Source: Verrucomicrobia bacterium SCGC AAA164-E04 | GTDB lineage: Bacteria; Verrucomicrobiota; Verrucomicrobiia; Limisphaerales; AAA164-E04 | DNA length: 64,000 bases | Direction of reading: 5' to 3' | Assembly: GCA_000383715.1 (NCBI GenBank) | Contig: KB912045.1 | Coordinates: 14,801-78,800, forward strand | Program-made: the position numbers and the translations under genes | The notes under the pieces: model-generated | The model's database searches: none | Told to the model about the DNA's origin: nothing | What the model saw: only the letters and a program-made list of their open reading frames with translations | Shown: piece by piece, positions 47,510-57,946 of the stretch | Layout of the letters: each line of letters opens with the position of its first letter | How positions within the stretch are numbered: the first letter of the stretch is position 1

Positions 47510-48898
47510 TCATTTATTTTTTATCGGCCAGTGTTTTGAATCCGTGCGTTCATGATTCAAAAACCGCTGAAATTTGGACACTACTTCTGGGTATTGCGTA
47601 GCCAAGTCATAGCGCTCCCCAGCATCGCCAATGAGATGGAAAAGTTGAATGGGTTCTTTCCATCCAACACGCACCGCTTTCCAGTTCCCCCATCGTGATG
47701 CTTGTTTGAATCCACGCTCATGAAACTCCCAATACAGCATGCGATTGGACAGATCTTGATATTTGCCAAACAAGGTTGGTTTGATGCTGACCCCATCCAA
47801 GCCTGCAGGGGTTTCAGCACCGACCAAATCAGCTGCAGTAGGAAGAAAATCTGCAAAATACCAAACTGTATCATTCACAAGGCCGGATGGAATACGGCCA
47901 GGCCACTTGACAATCATCGGAACTCGAATTCCACCGTCGTACATGGCTCGCTTAATTCCACGTAAGGGTCCGTTGGAGTCATTGAAATCGGGATCGTTAC
48001 CTCCTTCTTTGTGAGGTCCGTTATCGGAGGTGAAGAACACAATCGTATCATTGTCGATTCCAAGAGATTCTAGTTCAGTAAAGAGTCGACCTATATCTCG
48101 ATCCATACGACTGATCATGGCTCCATGCCCTTTCTGCGGCTCTGGCCAATCTAATTCGGCGTACGCCTTCAGTTCAGGCACTTCCATCCCTTGACTGCGT
48201 GCTTCATTGTTGGCGTGCGGAATCGTCAATGCCAAATACAGAAAAAAAGGCTGTTCAGCATGTTCATGAATATAACCAAGAGCTTCATCCATGATTAAAT
48301 CGTGGCTGTAATCCAGTTTGTTATTGGAAACACCTCCTCCAACACCATCTTCGTCAGGAACTGTATTTCGCAGCGCTACTTTGGTTTCATTCCTCCAGAG
48401 GTGAGTTGGGTAATAATTATGGGCATGACGTTGATTCAAATAGCCGTAAAAATAATCAAACCCCTGTTTGCGGGGAATCCCAGTCGTTCCAGGTTCCCCA
48501 AGTCCCCATTTGCCAATCAAAGCTGTTTGGTAGCCTTCCTTTTTCAAGACTTCTGCAACTGTTACATCTTCAGGACGCAAAGGAATTCTCGCGTTACCCC
48601 GAATCCGCGTGTGTCCCGCATGCAAACCGGTCATCAATACTGAGCGAGACGGAGCGCATACAGTTGAACCTGCATAAACTTGAGTGAAGCGAACCCCGTC
48701 AAAAGCCATTTGATCAAGATGAGGTGTAAGAATGCGTTTCTGACCGTAACACCCAAGATCCCCCCACCCTAAATCGTCTGCCATGACATAAATGATATTA
48801 GGCCGGTCGCTCACAGTGGGCGAAGAATTGCAAACAAAAGAAACCAGCAGACTCAGGAAAGGGAGACCCGTTTTCAACAATAGTTCAGAAAAGCGCAT
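47510..48898 (-). CDS. arylsulfatase-family sulfatase (formylglycine-dependent)
   Basis: I prefer ATG 48898 (MRFSELLLKTGLPFLSLLV, a signal peptide). PNIIYVMADDLGWGDLGCYG, FGly motif CAPSRSVLMTG, GKWGLG, FFTSDNGP. Confidence 0.9.
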   Translation of the reverse strand: MRFSELLLKTGLPFLSLLVSFVCNSSPTVSDRPNIIYVMADDLGWGDLGCYGQKRILTPHLDQMAFDGVRFTQVYAGSTVCAPSRSVLMTGLHAGHTRIRGNARIPLRPEDVTVAEVLKKEGYQTALIGKWGLGEPGTTGIPRKQGFDYFYGYLNQRHAHNYYPTHLWRNETKVALRNTVPDEDGVGGGVSNNKLDYSHDLIMDEALGYIHEHAEQPFFLYLALTIPHANNEARSQGMEVPELKAYAELDWPEPQKGHGAMISRMDRDIGRLFTELESLGIDNDTIVFFTSDNGPHKEGGNDPDFNDSNGPLRGIKRAMYDGGIRVPMIVKWPGRIPSGLVNDTVWYFADFLPTAADLVGAETPAGLDGVSIKPTLFGKYQDLSNRMLYWEFHERGFKQASRWGNWKAVRVGWKEPIQLFHLIGDAGERYDLATQYPEVVSKFQRFLNHERTDSKHWPIKNK

Positions 48899-49047
48899 GT
48901 AGACGATATATCGTATCAACGAAACCGGGACAACAAAACACTCCACTCCCGCTCACACTTCAATTACAGAATAATCAATCATTAAAGCTAATATAGCACG
49001 GGGGAAATTAACTCGACTTGTTCTGAATTAGGCGTTGTGATTGCCAT

Positions 49048-50193
49048 GTGCCGAGCTTTCGAAACTCACCTCCTCCAAGTCTGGAGTTTGTTGATGAAAC
49101 CACTGATTCAATAACACTGGTTTTCAAAGGAGAATTGCGAACCGATTCTGTGAGTAAGGTTTGGGGCAAAGCACGTAAAAAAACAAGCTCTCGATTATTT
49201 TCTACGGTGATCATTGATGTTCACAACATCAATTATTGTGACGGTACGGGAATCGCCATGCTAGCCGACCTGCTTCTTGAGACTCAGCGCAGAACAAATG
49301 TTGATATCACTCTTGAGGGACTGAAAGAAGATTTTCAACAACTGCTTGATCAATTCGACTTAAAACACTTCAAGCCCGAGCCCGAGTCAAAAGCCAAATC
49401 GATACCAATCACTGAGGAAGTAGGCCTTACCGCGAGTCAATTCCTTCAGGACCTGAAGGAATTGATTAGTTTTGTGGGTGAGGCCTTTTACTCCCTTTGG
49501 ATTGCGCTTAAGCATCCATCCACAATACGCTGGAAAGACATGTTGTTGACGATTGAACGCGCTGGCGTCAATGCATTGCCCATTGTGTGTCTTATTTGTT
49601 TTTTGATGGGACTTATCATGGCTTTTCAATCGGCCATTCCACTCAAACAATTCGCAGCTGAGTTATTTATAGCAGATCTTGTGAGTGTTGCCATGCTCCG
49701 CGAACTGGGACCTTTGATGACGGCCATTCTTCTCGCGGGAAGATCGGGTTCTGCATTTGCTGCTGAGATCGGGACCATGAAAGTAAATGAAGAAGTCAAT
49801 GCGCTTCAGACCATGGGAATAGATCCTGTCCGTTTCCTGGCTATCCCTAGAATCATTGCCTCGATTATTGTCACTCCATTACTAACCTTGTTTGCCAATT
49901 TCATGGGACTCGTGGGAGGATGGGTCGTTTATGTAAGTCTTGGGTTCCCTACTATCGTCTACATCAACCAAATAAAATCCGCAGTGACACTCACTGATCT
50001 TTGGGGAGGCCTATTCAAAGCGGGTGTCTTCGGATTATTGGTCGCAGGCATTGGTTGTTTTCGAGGAATGCAAACAAGCATGGGCGCGAGTGCAGTGGGC
50101 CAAAGCACCACCCGAGCTGTCGTAAGCGGAATCGTTTTGATCGTTATGGCAGATGGTTTATTTTCTGTGATTTATTATATTCTGGGTTTATGA
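49048..50193 (+). CDS. MlaE-family lipid ABC transporter permease with an N-terminal STAS (MlaB-like) domain
   Basis: GTG start. STAS-like first 110 aa or so (ITLVFKGEL...VIIDVHNINYCDGTGIAMLADLL). MlaE core LRELGPLMTAILLAGRSGSAFAAEIGTMKVNEEVNALQTMGIDP. Confidence 0.85.
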   Translation: MPSFRNSPPPSLEFVDETTDSITLVFKGELRTDSVSKVWGKARKKTSSRLFSTVIIDVHNINYCDGTGIAMLADLLLETQRRTNVDITLEGLKEDFQQLLDQFDLKHFKPEPESKAKSIPITEEVGLTASQFLQDLKELISFVGEAFYSLWIALKHPSTIRWKDMLLTIERAGVNALPIVCLICFLMGLIMAFQSAIPLKQFAAELFIADLVSVAMLRELGPLMTAILLAGRSGSAFAAEIGTMKVNEEVNALQTMGIDPVRFLAIPRIIASIIVTPLLTLFANFMGLVGGWVVYVSLGFPTIVYINQIKSAVTLTDLWGGLFKAGVFGLLVAGIGCFRGMQTSMGASAVGQSTTRAVVSGIVLIVMADGLFSVIYYILGL

Positions 50194-50972
50194 CCATTAA
50201 AAATGACATCGTGATCCAAGCAAGTGCTCTCACGTGTGCATACGGGACATCTGTCATTCTAGATAACATTAATTTCGAAGTGAGGCGTGGTGAAGTATTC
50301 ATCATACTTGGTGGTTCCGGTTGCGGAAAAAGCACCCTTTTAAAACATCTCATCGGCCTCTACCAGCCCGCTGGAGGCTCCATCAAAATCATTGATCAAG
50401 ATCTCGTTCACGCCAACCAGCAAGAGCATCGTCGTATTCTCAAAAACATCGGTGTCATGTATCAGAGTGGTGCTCTGTTTGGATCCATGAGTTTACTCGA
50501 GAATGTTCGACTCCCTTTGGAAGAGCATACGGCTTTGGATACCCATGCCATGAACCTTATTGCTCACATGAAACTATCACTGGTCGGTCTCGGTAATTTC
50601 ACGAAACATTACCCATCTGAGGTAAGCGGGGGTATGCAAAAGAGAGCGGCCATAGCACGTGCCATGGCGCTCGATCCTGAAGTATTATTCCTCGATGAAC
50701 CTTCGGCCGGTCTAGACCCCATTACCTCATCGGAACTCGATGCACTTATCAGACGATTAGCTGAGAGCCTAGGAATTACCTTTGTTATCGTTTCTCATGA
50801 ATTGGCAAGCATCTTTGCCATTGCTGATCGTGTGATCATGCTGGATGCTGAAACCAAAGGAATCATCGCTGATGGACCACCCGTTACTCTGCAGCAATCA
50901 CATTCCAATGCAGCGGTCCGTGAATTCTTTAACCGCGGCAAGCACAACAATATCACACAGGTGGAGGATTAA
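50190..50972 (+). CDS. MlaF-type ABC transporter ATP-binding protein
   Basis: I prefer ATG 50190 (MTIKNDIV...), which forms an ATGA overlap with the permease stop. GGSGCGKSTLLK, SGGMQKRAAIARA, LFLDEPSAGLDP. Confidence 0.9.
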   Translation: MTIKNDIVIQASALTCAYGTSVILDNINFEVRRGEVFIILGGSGCGKSTLLKHLIGLYQPAGGSIKIIDQDLVHANQQEHRRILKNIGVMYQSGALFGSMSLLENVRLPLEEHTALDTHAMNLIAHMKLSLVGLGNFTKHYPSEVSGGMQKRAAIARAMALDPEVLFLDEPSAGLDPITSSELDALIRRLAESLGITFVIVSHELASIFAIADRVIMLDAETKGIIADGPPVTLQQSHSNAAVREFFNRGKHNNITQVED

Positions 50973-50989
50973 TTTTTCATCATGTTGTC

Positions 50990-51967
50990 ATGAACAGTAA
51001 ATCTAATTATTTCAAACTGGGTCTTTTCGTCATAGGAACAGCCGTTTTGGCAGTACTTGCCATCCTCATCATGGGAGTGGGAACAATGTTTGAAGATCAA
51101 CCGGTCTTTGAGACTTATCTGAATCAATCAGTCCATGGAGTTGATCTGGGAACAGCCGTCAAATTTCGAGGAGTTCCCATTGGAAATATCAAATCCATCG
51201 ATTTCACTCGAACACGCTATGAATCGAGTAAACCCATGGAAAAGCGCAAGCCTTATGTAAGGTTGATCATTTCGTTGGAACAAAATATATTTGAAGGATC
51301 TAAAACCCCCGAAAAAACCCTGCTTGAGCGTGAAGTGGAAAGAGGTCTGAGGGTTCGGATGGCGAGCGTCGGTTTAACAGGTACTTCTTATATCGAACTG
51401 GATTATCTTGATCCCGGTCTGCATCCACCCCTGGAAATGGATTGGACACCTGAAAACGGTTACATCCCTTCCGCAGGGAGTTCTTTTACGCGTATCGTGA
51501 GCTCAGCGGAAGAGGTTTTCCGAAAACTTGAAAATGTAGATATTCTGGGGCTGGTCGATAATGTAAACGGATTGTTTAAGGTGGCAAAAGATAAGCTTGA
51601 AACAACTGATCTGGCTTCACTCAGTGGCAACTTGGATCAACTATTGAAGGAACTTCGCGTTACGAATCAGGAGATCCAGACGATGATAAAAGACCTTGAT
51701 CTTCCACAAATTTCCAAAGAGACGCAAAAAGCGCTTAATTCCATGCAATCCCTTTTCAACGATCCCAAGCTGATGTCTACGATTGATGAATTACACACTG
51801 CTTTGGAAAACCTCAATCAAATGACCGGCGGCAATCAGGGAAGAATCGGGCTGGTCCTTGATAATCTTCGTATCCTGACTGATAACCTTAAGACCATTAC
51901 TGACAACGCTAAAAACTACCCAAGTCAATTACTCTTCGGAGCTCCTCCCCCCACGAGGAAGCCATAG
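50990..51967 (+). CDS. MlaD/MCE-family substrate-binding protein with a helical C-terminal extension
   Basis: N-terminal TM, MCE core GVDLGTAVKFRGVPIGNIKSIDF, and a roughly 130-aa helical tail. Confidence 0.8.
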   Translation: MNSKSNYFKLGLFVIGTAVLAVLAILIMGVGTMFEDQPVFETYLNQSVHGVDLGTAVKFRGVPIGNIKSIDFTRTRYESSKPMEKRKPYVRLIISLEQNIFEGSKTPEKTLLEREVERGLRVRMASVGLTGTSYIELDYLDPGLHPPLEMDWTPENGYIPSAGSSFTRIVSSAEEVFRKLENVDILGLVDNVNGLFKVAKDKLETTDLASLSGNLDQLLKELRVTNQEIQTMIKDLDLPQISKETQKALNSMQSLFNDPKLMSTIDELHTALENLNQMTGGNQGRIGLVLDNLRILTDNLKTITDNAKNYPSQLLFGAPPPTRKP

Positions 51968-51989
51968 ACTCATAAATGTCACTGGAAAA

Positions 51990-52643
51990 ATGAAAACCCC
52001 AACCACTCATACCATCGTATTTACCCTGCTGACTCTTATTTGTCTGGGGACGACATCTGGTTGTGCCTTGAACCGGCCATATCCAGAGAAAATAAGTTAT
52101 ATGCCGGACCTGACCTTCGAAAAAAGCAAAGATCCCCATCCCCTTCCTTACCGAATCAAAGTCCGTAACTCAGGGGTCTCAGCTCCTTTTGAAGGAAAGT
52201 CTTTTGTTTACCGTTTACCTGATGGTCAATGGGAAAAAGACTTTTATAATGAATGGTTTGCCTACCCTCGAGATATGATTACAGATTCATGTATATCCGC
52301 ATTGATTCAGTCCGCTAATTTTATCTCTATCACCAGTGAGGACAGTTTAATGGAGGCGGATTATTATCTGGAAGGAAGACTCCTTGAATCTTATCTGGAT
52401 CGAAGGAACTCAAACCACCTTCAAAGCGTTTTAAAAATCCGGTGGATGCTCATTCAGTATCAATCTCCCAAGAGAGGCAATTCGTCAGATGAAAACTGGG
52501 CCCGAACCTATGAGGAGATAACCCCACTGCAATCAAATCAAGTTGAGGATTACGTCGCTTCTACAGGCACAGGTTTGAAGAAAATCCTGCACCAATTGAT
52601 AATGGATTTAAATCAACAAATATCGAGCAAACTTCAGCAATAA
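51990..52643 (+). CDS. ABC-type transport auxiliary lipoprotein (PqiC/DUF330-like)
   Basis: Lipobox LGTTSGC, about 200 aa, last gene of an Mla/MCE operon. The family call rests on position, size and lipoprotein signal. Confidence 0.55.
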   Translation: MKTPTTHTIVFTLLTLICLGTTSGCALNRPYPEKISYMPDLTFEKSKDPHPLPYRIKVRNSGVSAPFEGKSFVYRLPDGQWEKDFYNEWFAYPRDMITDSCISALIQSANFISITSEDSLMEADYYLEGRLLESYLDRRNSNHLQSVLKIRWMLIQYQSPKRGNSSDENWARTYEEITPLQSNQVEDYVASTGTGLKKILHQLIMDLNQQISSKLQQ

Positions 52644-52663
52644 ACGCTGGTTGACTTGGTATA

Positions 52664-54442
52664 TCAAACATGGGCGTCAGCCATTGTAGCTACCTCTCTC
52701 CATTTGCCATGCTCCTGAATTAAGTCAACGAGCTGCTCCACTGCATCCGCTTCCGGTATGTTGAATTTAACGGGCTGTTTCCCTACGTAGAGATTGATTT
52801 TGCCAGGTGCACCTCCGACATAACCGAAATCCGCATCGGCCATTTCACCTGGGCCATTGACGATACATCCCATGATGGCAATCTTCACTCCGATAAGATG
52901 TCCCGTTCTCTCCTTTATGCTCGCAGTCACCGACTGAAGGTTGAAGAGAGTCCGTCCACAAGATGGGCAGGCGACATAATCTGTTTTGAATGATCTGCAG
53001 CCTGCAGCTTGTAAAATGGTATACGCCAACTTCACCGCTTTGCTAGGATCCTGCTCATTTCTGATTAATACAGCATCACCAATCCCGTCTGAGATGAGCG
53101 ATCCCAGATTGACCGACGATCTCAGCAACGCGATGTCTGAAGTGAGGAAGTCCTGCGGAGTGAGGGTATCTTTCAGAAGAACAGGGTAATGACAATCTTT
53201 CTTTTTCAAGCAGGACGCAAGCAGGCGATATGCGCTGATGACAGGCAAGTCCAAATCATCCTTGATTGCTATCAAGCAGAGCTTTTCTGGGAGTTGAAAG
53301 TCCACTCTCGGATCAACCTCCCATATACCGCAATGTTCATAAGAACCTTCTGTCTGAACCATTTCCGGTTTACTCGGTTGTGGAGGGCAAGCTGCCGTCT
53401 GTTGAGAAGTTCCGAGGACACGTATTGTTTGCTTTCCTCCACAATGAACCCCGGTGGGCAAAGACACTTGTAAAGATTCTCTCCTTGAAAAATCAAACGG
53501 ATCAAATGAAAGAGGAGCGTCTATGAAATCACATTCAATTTGGGTTAAACCAGGTATCTGAGCCAGCAATTCGCGACAGACGGGAATTTCATTGGGAGCA
53601 TCCTCCGTCAGCGAGACACGAATAGTATCTCCTAATCCGTCGCATAACAACGCTCCAATTCCAATGGCACTTTTTACACGCGCATCTTCACCATCTCCAG
53701 CCTCAGTTACTCCAAGGTGAATTGGGTAATTCCAACCTTCACCAAGCTCATTTAATCGAGCAACCAGAAGACGGTAGCACTCAATCATGACTTTGGGGTT
53801 ACTGGATTTCATGGAGAATTTAAAATTATGAAAGTCCTTCTTGCGCGAGATACAGGCAAATTCCAATGCGCTCTCGACCATACCAAGAGGAGTGTCACCA
53901 TAACGATTCATGATACGGTCACTCAGTGAACCGTGATTCGTACCTATTCTCAGAGTGCGATTGAGTAACTTGCACTGTTCAACGAGAGGTGCAAATTTTT
54001 CCTCGATACGTGCCAATTCGGATGCATATTCTCCTTCAGTGTATTCGCGGGTTTTAAACTTCTTGGAATCGGCATAGTTCCCAGGATTCACGCGCACTAC
54101 TTCTACCCATTTGACAGCTTCCATAGCCGCCTCGGGTTTGAAATGGATGTCAGCAACCAGCGGTACATGGCACCCTTTTTCCCTCAGTCCATTTACAATG
54201 TGTTCAAGGTTGGCAGCGTGCCTAACCGTTTGTGCAGTGATACGGACCAATTGACATCCTACAGCTGCAAGATCGAGTGTTTGTTGAACACACGCTTCGG
54301 TGTCGAGCGTGTCACTGGTGATCATGCTCTGGTAAACAATGGGGCTATCCGCCCCTAGTTTTACCTCCTGATGAGGGTTCCCAATAACGAGTTCACGAGA
54401 GCGTCTTCTTTGGTAACGATAAGGAGAATCTTGAAACTGCAT
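52664..54442 (-). CDS. ispG: 4-hydroxy-3-methylbut-2-en-1-yl diphosphate synthase, long form with inserted domain
   Basis: 592 aa. LGADSPIVYQSM, RVNPGN, HLGVTEAG, Fe-S Cys ligands in VACPSCGRT and GCIVNGPGE. A roughly 200-aa insert lies between the TIM-barrel and 4Fe-4S domains, as in the long (plant/chlamydial-type) form. Confidence 0.95.
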   Translation of the reverse strand: MQFQDSPYRYQRRRSRELVIGNPHQEVKLGADSPIVYQSMITSDTLDTEACVQQTLDLAAVGCQLVRITAQTVRHAANLEHIVNGLREKGCHVPLVADIHFKPEAAMEAVKWVEVVRVNPGNYADSKKFKTREYTEGEYASELARIEEKFAPLVEQCKLLNRTLRIGTNHGSLSDRIMNRYGDTPLGMVESALEFACISRKKDFHNFKFSMKSSNPKVMIECYRLLVARLNELGEGWNYPIHLGVTEAGDGEDARVKSAIGIGALLCDGLGDTIRVSLTEDAPNEIPVCRELLAQIPGLTQIECDFIDAPLSFDPFDFSRRESLQVSLPTGVHCGGKQTIRVLGTSQQTAACPPQPSKPEMVQTEGSYEHCGIWEVDPRVDFQLPEKLCLIAIKDDLDLPVISAYRLLASCLKKKDCHYPVLLKDTLTPQDFLTSDIALLRSSVNLGSLISDGIGDAVLIRNEQDPSKAVKLAYTILQAAGCRSFKTDYVACPSCGRTLFNLQSVTASIKERTGHLIGVKIAIMGCIVNGPGEMADADFGYVGGAPGKINLYVGKQPVKFNIPEADAVEQLVDLIQEHGKWREVATMADAHV

Positions 54443-54447
54443 ACAGC

Positions 54448-55890
54448 CTACTGATTGTTCCCCGTCTCATTGACTGCGACAGGTTCGAATTTAATCTGGT
54501 AAGTCTTTTCTTTAGCTGCGGGCCCAAGGTCCTGCACGTCGAAGAAGCTCACGTAAAGCATATAACCAATAACCAGCAGAGCAAATCCCGTTTGGACGTA
54601 ATTCAGGATAAAGAATGGGATGGGACGCCTGATGACGCCTTCGATACATGCCATTACGATATGTCCTCCGTCCAGCACCGGAACGGGTAACAGATTCATC
54701 AAAGCCAGGTTGACGTTCAAGATCACACTGAACCACAAAGCCAGACGCCAGCCATAATCACTTTGAAACAGCATATAATAAATACGCATGATCCCGACGG
54801 GCCCACTGAGATGCTGAGCACCAATATCAGAATCCTCAGCAAACAACGCCTGAAAAGTATTCACCATGGCCATGACACTTGCACGTATCTGGTCGTTGGG
54901 TGTTGGGTGACTGATCTTCATGTTTCCATTTAAGTCCCACTGTATCCCGACCATTCGGCGCTGATCTTCCACTGGTGGGGCATCGTCGACGTATGATGGA
55001 ATCACAGGCCTTACAGAGAAGTCCATCAAGCTGCCATCCCGCTCAACTGTAACCACCAGCTCTTCCCCTGAAAGTTCCTCTATTGCCTGACTCAGAGCCC
55101 TTGGATGATAAATGGCCAAATCGTTCACTTTTCTGACAATGTCATTGGACTGAATACCAGCCACGGCAGCAGGACTGTTTTCCTCCACGTTAGCTATCAA
55201 AGGGGTTTGGAATGGAGCTATCTGTATCTGTCGCAAATTCCCACGTTTATACCATTCTGCGTCCTGTTTTTCGGGCTTGGCATCTAAAATCAATGTCTGT
55301 CCTGCCCGATCAATTTCAATTGGAATGGAATCCCCAGTGCTGCTGACGATCTGCCAAGTAACTGCATCACCAATACCCGACCAACGTGTTACGAATTCTC
55401 CATTGACCTTCTTGATGATATCACCAGAAAAGAGCCCTGCTTTTTCGGCAGGTGAGTCTGGAAACACATATCCGATTTGAGTTGTTGTGTCTCTCTCACT
55501 GACAGGTTTACCAATGCCCCAGATCAGCACTGCAAAAACATAAGCCAGGCCGAAACTGAACAAGGGTCCGGCAAAAGCCACGATAATCTTGTCGATGACA
55601 CCAATCGGAGGCAGTTCTTTTTGCTCAGAATCACCCTTTCCCTCGATGGCCTCCATGGGAGCCATCTGTGGAAGCGCAACAAAGCCGCCTGCCGGAATGC
55701 TTCCAAGGCTGTACTTTACTCCCTTGAACTCTTTTTCCCACAGCGGTTTACCAAACCATATCCCAAATCGTTCAACGACCAGTCCTCGCCACTTTGCAGC
55801 CAAGAAATGACCAAGTTCGTGGACGATGATCAGTAGATTGAATAAAACGATCACCTCCAACAAGATGAATAAAAAATTCAGCAATTCCAT
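54448..55890 (-). CDS. rseP: RIP metalloprotease RseP (site-2 protease, M50)
   Basis: HELGHFLAAK (HExxH), two PDZ-like segments, C-terminal NLLPVPVLDGGH. Confidence 0.9.
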   Translation of the reverse strand: MELLNFLFILLEVIVLFNLLIIVHELGHFLAAKWRGLVVERFGIWFGKPLWEKEFKGVKYSLGSIPAGGFVALPQMAPMEAIEGKGDSEQKELPPIGVIDKIIVAFAGPLFSFGLAYVFAVLIWGIGKPVSERDTTTQIGYVFPDSPAEKAGLFSGDIIKKVNGEFVTRWSGIGDAVTWQIVSSTGDSIPIEIDRAGQTLILDAKPEKQDAEWYKRGNLRQIQIAPFQTPLIANVEENSPAAVAGIQSNDIVRKVNDLAIYHPRALSQAIEELSGEELVVTVERDGSLMDFSVRPVIPSYVDDAPPVEDQRRMVGIQWDLNGNMKISHPTPNDQIRASVMAMVNTFQALFAEDSDIGAQHLSGPVGIMRIYYMLFQSDYGWRLALWFSVILNVNLALMNLLPVPVLDGGHIVMACIEGVIRRPIPFFILNYVQTGFALLVIGYMLYVSFFDVQDLGPAAKEKTYQIKFEPVAVNETGNNQ

Positions 55891-55989
55891 AGTTATCTAA
55901 AATCAAATCCGGTGATGTCCGGAGCATTTACATATCAAGACGAAAACATAACGGGTTGAGCGGGATAATCAAATGTTGATTTCCATATG

Positions 55990-57012
55990 TTAACGGTTGA
56001 TCTCAGCCGCCACTTCACTCGCAAAGTAGGTAAGGATCAAATCTGCCCCTGCCCGCCGGATGGCCAGGAGTGACTCATTACGCGTACGTTTTAAATCAAG
56101 CCATCCTTTTTCTGCAGCGGCATGGATCTGGGCATATTCACCAGATACTTGATATGCCGCCACCGGCAGATCCGTCGATTGACGTAGCTTGGATATAATG
56201 TCCAAATAAGCTCCAGCTGGTTTCACCATCAGGATATCAGCTCCTTCTTCCTCATCAAGAAGGGCTTCTCGCAGCGCTTCGCGCGGATTTGCTGGATTTA
56301 ACTGATAGGACCCTTTGTCAAGGTAAGTCTTTCCAGCCGTGGCTTGACTCCCCACTGCGTCTCGAAAAGGGCCATAATAAGCTGAGTTGAACTTGGCGCT
56401 GTAGGCCATGATAGTAACGTTTGCATGCCCTGCATTATCCAAAACATCTCGAATGGCACCTATCCTGCCGTCCATCATATCAGATGGGGCTACCCAATCA
56501 GCCCCTGATTCCGCAAGAATACGAGCCATCTGGGTAAGAACATTAAGGGTGGAATCATTATCAACATCCGTCTGCCCTGCATCGAGGACCCCATCGTGAC
56601 CATGACTTGTGTAAGGATCCAGGGCAACATCGGCAATCACCGTCATTTCAGGTACACTCTGCTTGATGGCATGGATCGCCCTGGGGGCTAAACCACTGGG
56701 GTCCAGCGCACCACTACCAAACGGATCTTTTATTTCTTTTGGATTGCATGGGAAAAGCGCAATTGCGTGAATGCCTATATCCAGTAATCTGCGACATTCT
56801 TCGGTCAAATCTCGAACCGACAATCGATGAACTCCGGGCATCGAATCAACAGGTTCGGGATCGGGTATACCTTCTTTAACAAACAAGGGAGCAATCAGGT
56901 GATCCGTTCTCAGATGCGTTTCCTGAAGCATATTACGAATGCGGGTACTTTTCCGCAATCGACGCATGCGAACAGGCAAATCGTAAACAAAAAGGTCCTC
57001 TTTATCTGACAT
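55990..57012 (-). CDS. hemB: porphobilinogen synthase (delta-aminolevulinate dehydratase), Asp-rich (non-zinc) type
   Basis: RMRRLRK, LIAPLFV, metal site DVALDPYTSHGHDG (Asp-rich rather than Cys-rich), Schiff-base Lys contexts MVKPA and YSAKF. Confidence 0.95.
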   Translation of the reverse strand: MSDKEDLFVYDLPVRMRRLRKSTRIRNMLQETHLRTDHLIAPLFVKEGIPDPEPVDSMPGVHRLSVRDLTEECRRLLDIGIHAIALFPCNPKEIKDPFGSGALDPSGLAPRAIHAIKQSVPEMTVIADVALDPYTSHGHDGVLDAGQTDVDNDSTLNVLTQMARILAESGADWVAPSDMMDGRIGAIRDVLDNAGHANVTIMAYSAKFNSAYYGPFRDAVGSQATAGKTYLDKGSYQLNPANPREALREALLDEEEGADILMVKPAGAYLDIISKLRQSTDLPVAAYQVSGEYAQIHAAAEKGWLDLKRTRNESLLAIRRAGADLILTYFASEVAAEINR

Positions 57013-57059
57013 GTCAATGATACTGCTGAGTTAAGGCGAGATGAGTCATTCAGTCCCAA

Positions 57060-57935
57060 TCAAATCAGGCCGTAGGCATTGATGACCGACCGCAATTGCT
57101 GGAGTTTTGAATCAGTCATTGAAACCAGAGGGAGTCTAATTTCCGGCTCAATATGTCCCATCATATGAAGGGCTTCCTTGACTGGAACCGGATTGGTCTC
57201 AATAAAGAGAGTCTTGAAAAGTTGATAATGCTGTTGATGAATGGAAAGCGCATCGGCAATTTGTCCATTCGCAAAATAATTTACCATTGCTGAAATCCTC
57301 TCTGGTATGAGGTTAGATGCTACGCTGATCACACCTTGAGCACCAACTGACATGAATGGCAATGTCAGGGCATCATCTCCACTCAGGATGATGAATTCAT
57401 TTCCCAGTTCCTGCCTTAGTTGACTGACTCGATCAGCATCACCACCTGCCTCTTTAATTCCCACGATGTTAGGACAATGATCGGAAAGTTTCTTCACTGT
57501 ACAGACCTCGATGGCAACCCCGCACCGGCCGGGGATACTGTAAAGAATGATAGGTAACTCCGTCGATTCAGCAATGGCCTTGAAATGTTGAAAAAGGCCT
57601 TCCTGCGATGGTTTATTATAATACGGAGCCACCTGCAAGGAACCGTCAACGCCTCGCTTCTCTGCTTCCTTCGTGAGGTAAATGGCCTCTTCGGTTGCAT
57701 TCCCGCCAGTACCGGCAAGCACTTTGACTTTCCCTGCAGCAGCAGCAACCGTCAATTCAATGACTCGCAGGTGCTCATCACAATTCAGAGTCGGTGATTC
57801 GCCCGTTGTCCCAACCGGAACAACCCCATCCACTCCCCCTTCAATCTGTTGGTGAAGAAGCTTATTGAGTGCGTCTTCATCCAGTTTCCCCGATTTGAAA
57901 GGCGTTACAATCGCAGTAAAAGTGCCTGTTAACAT
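57060..57935 (-). CDS. dapA: 4-hydroxy-tetrahydrodipicolinate synthase
   Basis: GTFTAIVTPF, VPVGTTGESPTL, YNKPSQEG, catalytic Lys context GIKEAGGD. Confidence 0.95.
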   Translation of the reverse strand: MLTGTFTAIVTPFKSGKLDEDALNKLLHQQIEGGVDGVVPVGTTGESPTLNCDEHLRVIELTVAAAAGKVKVLAGTGGNATEEAIYLTKEAEKRGVDGSLQVAPYYNKPSQEGLFQHFKAIAESTELPIILYSIPGRCGVAIEVCTVKKLSDHCPNIVGIKEAGGDADRVSQLRQELGNEFIILSGDDALTLPFMSVGAQGVISVASNLIPERISAMVNYFANGQIADALSIHQQHYQLFKTLFIETNPVPVKEALHMMGHIEPEIRLPLVSMTDSKLQQLRSVINAYGLI

Positions 57936-57946
57936 GTTGTTCGTTC

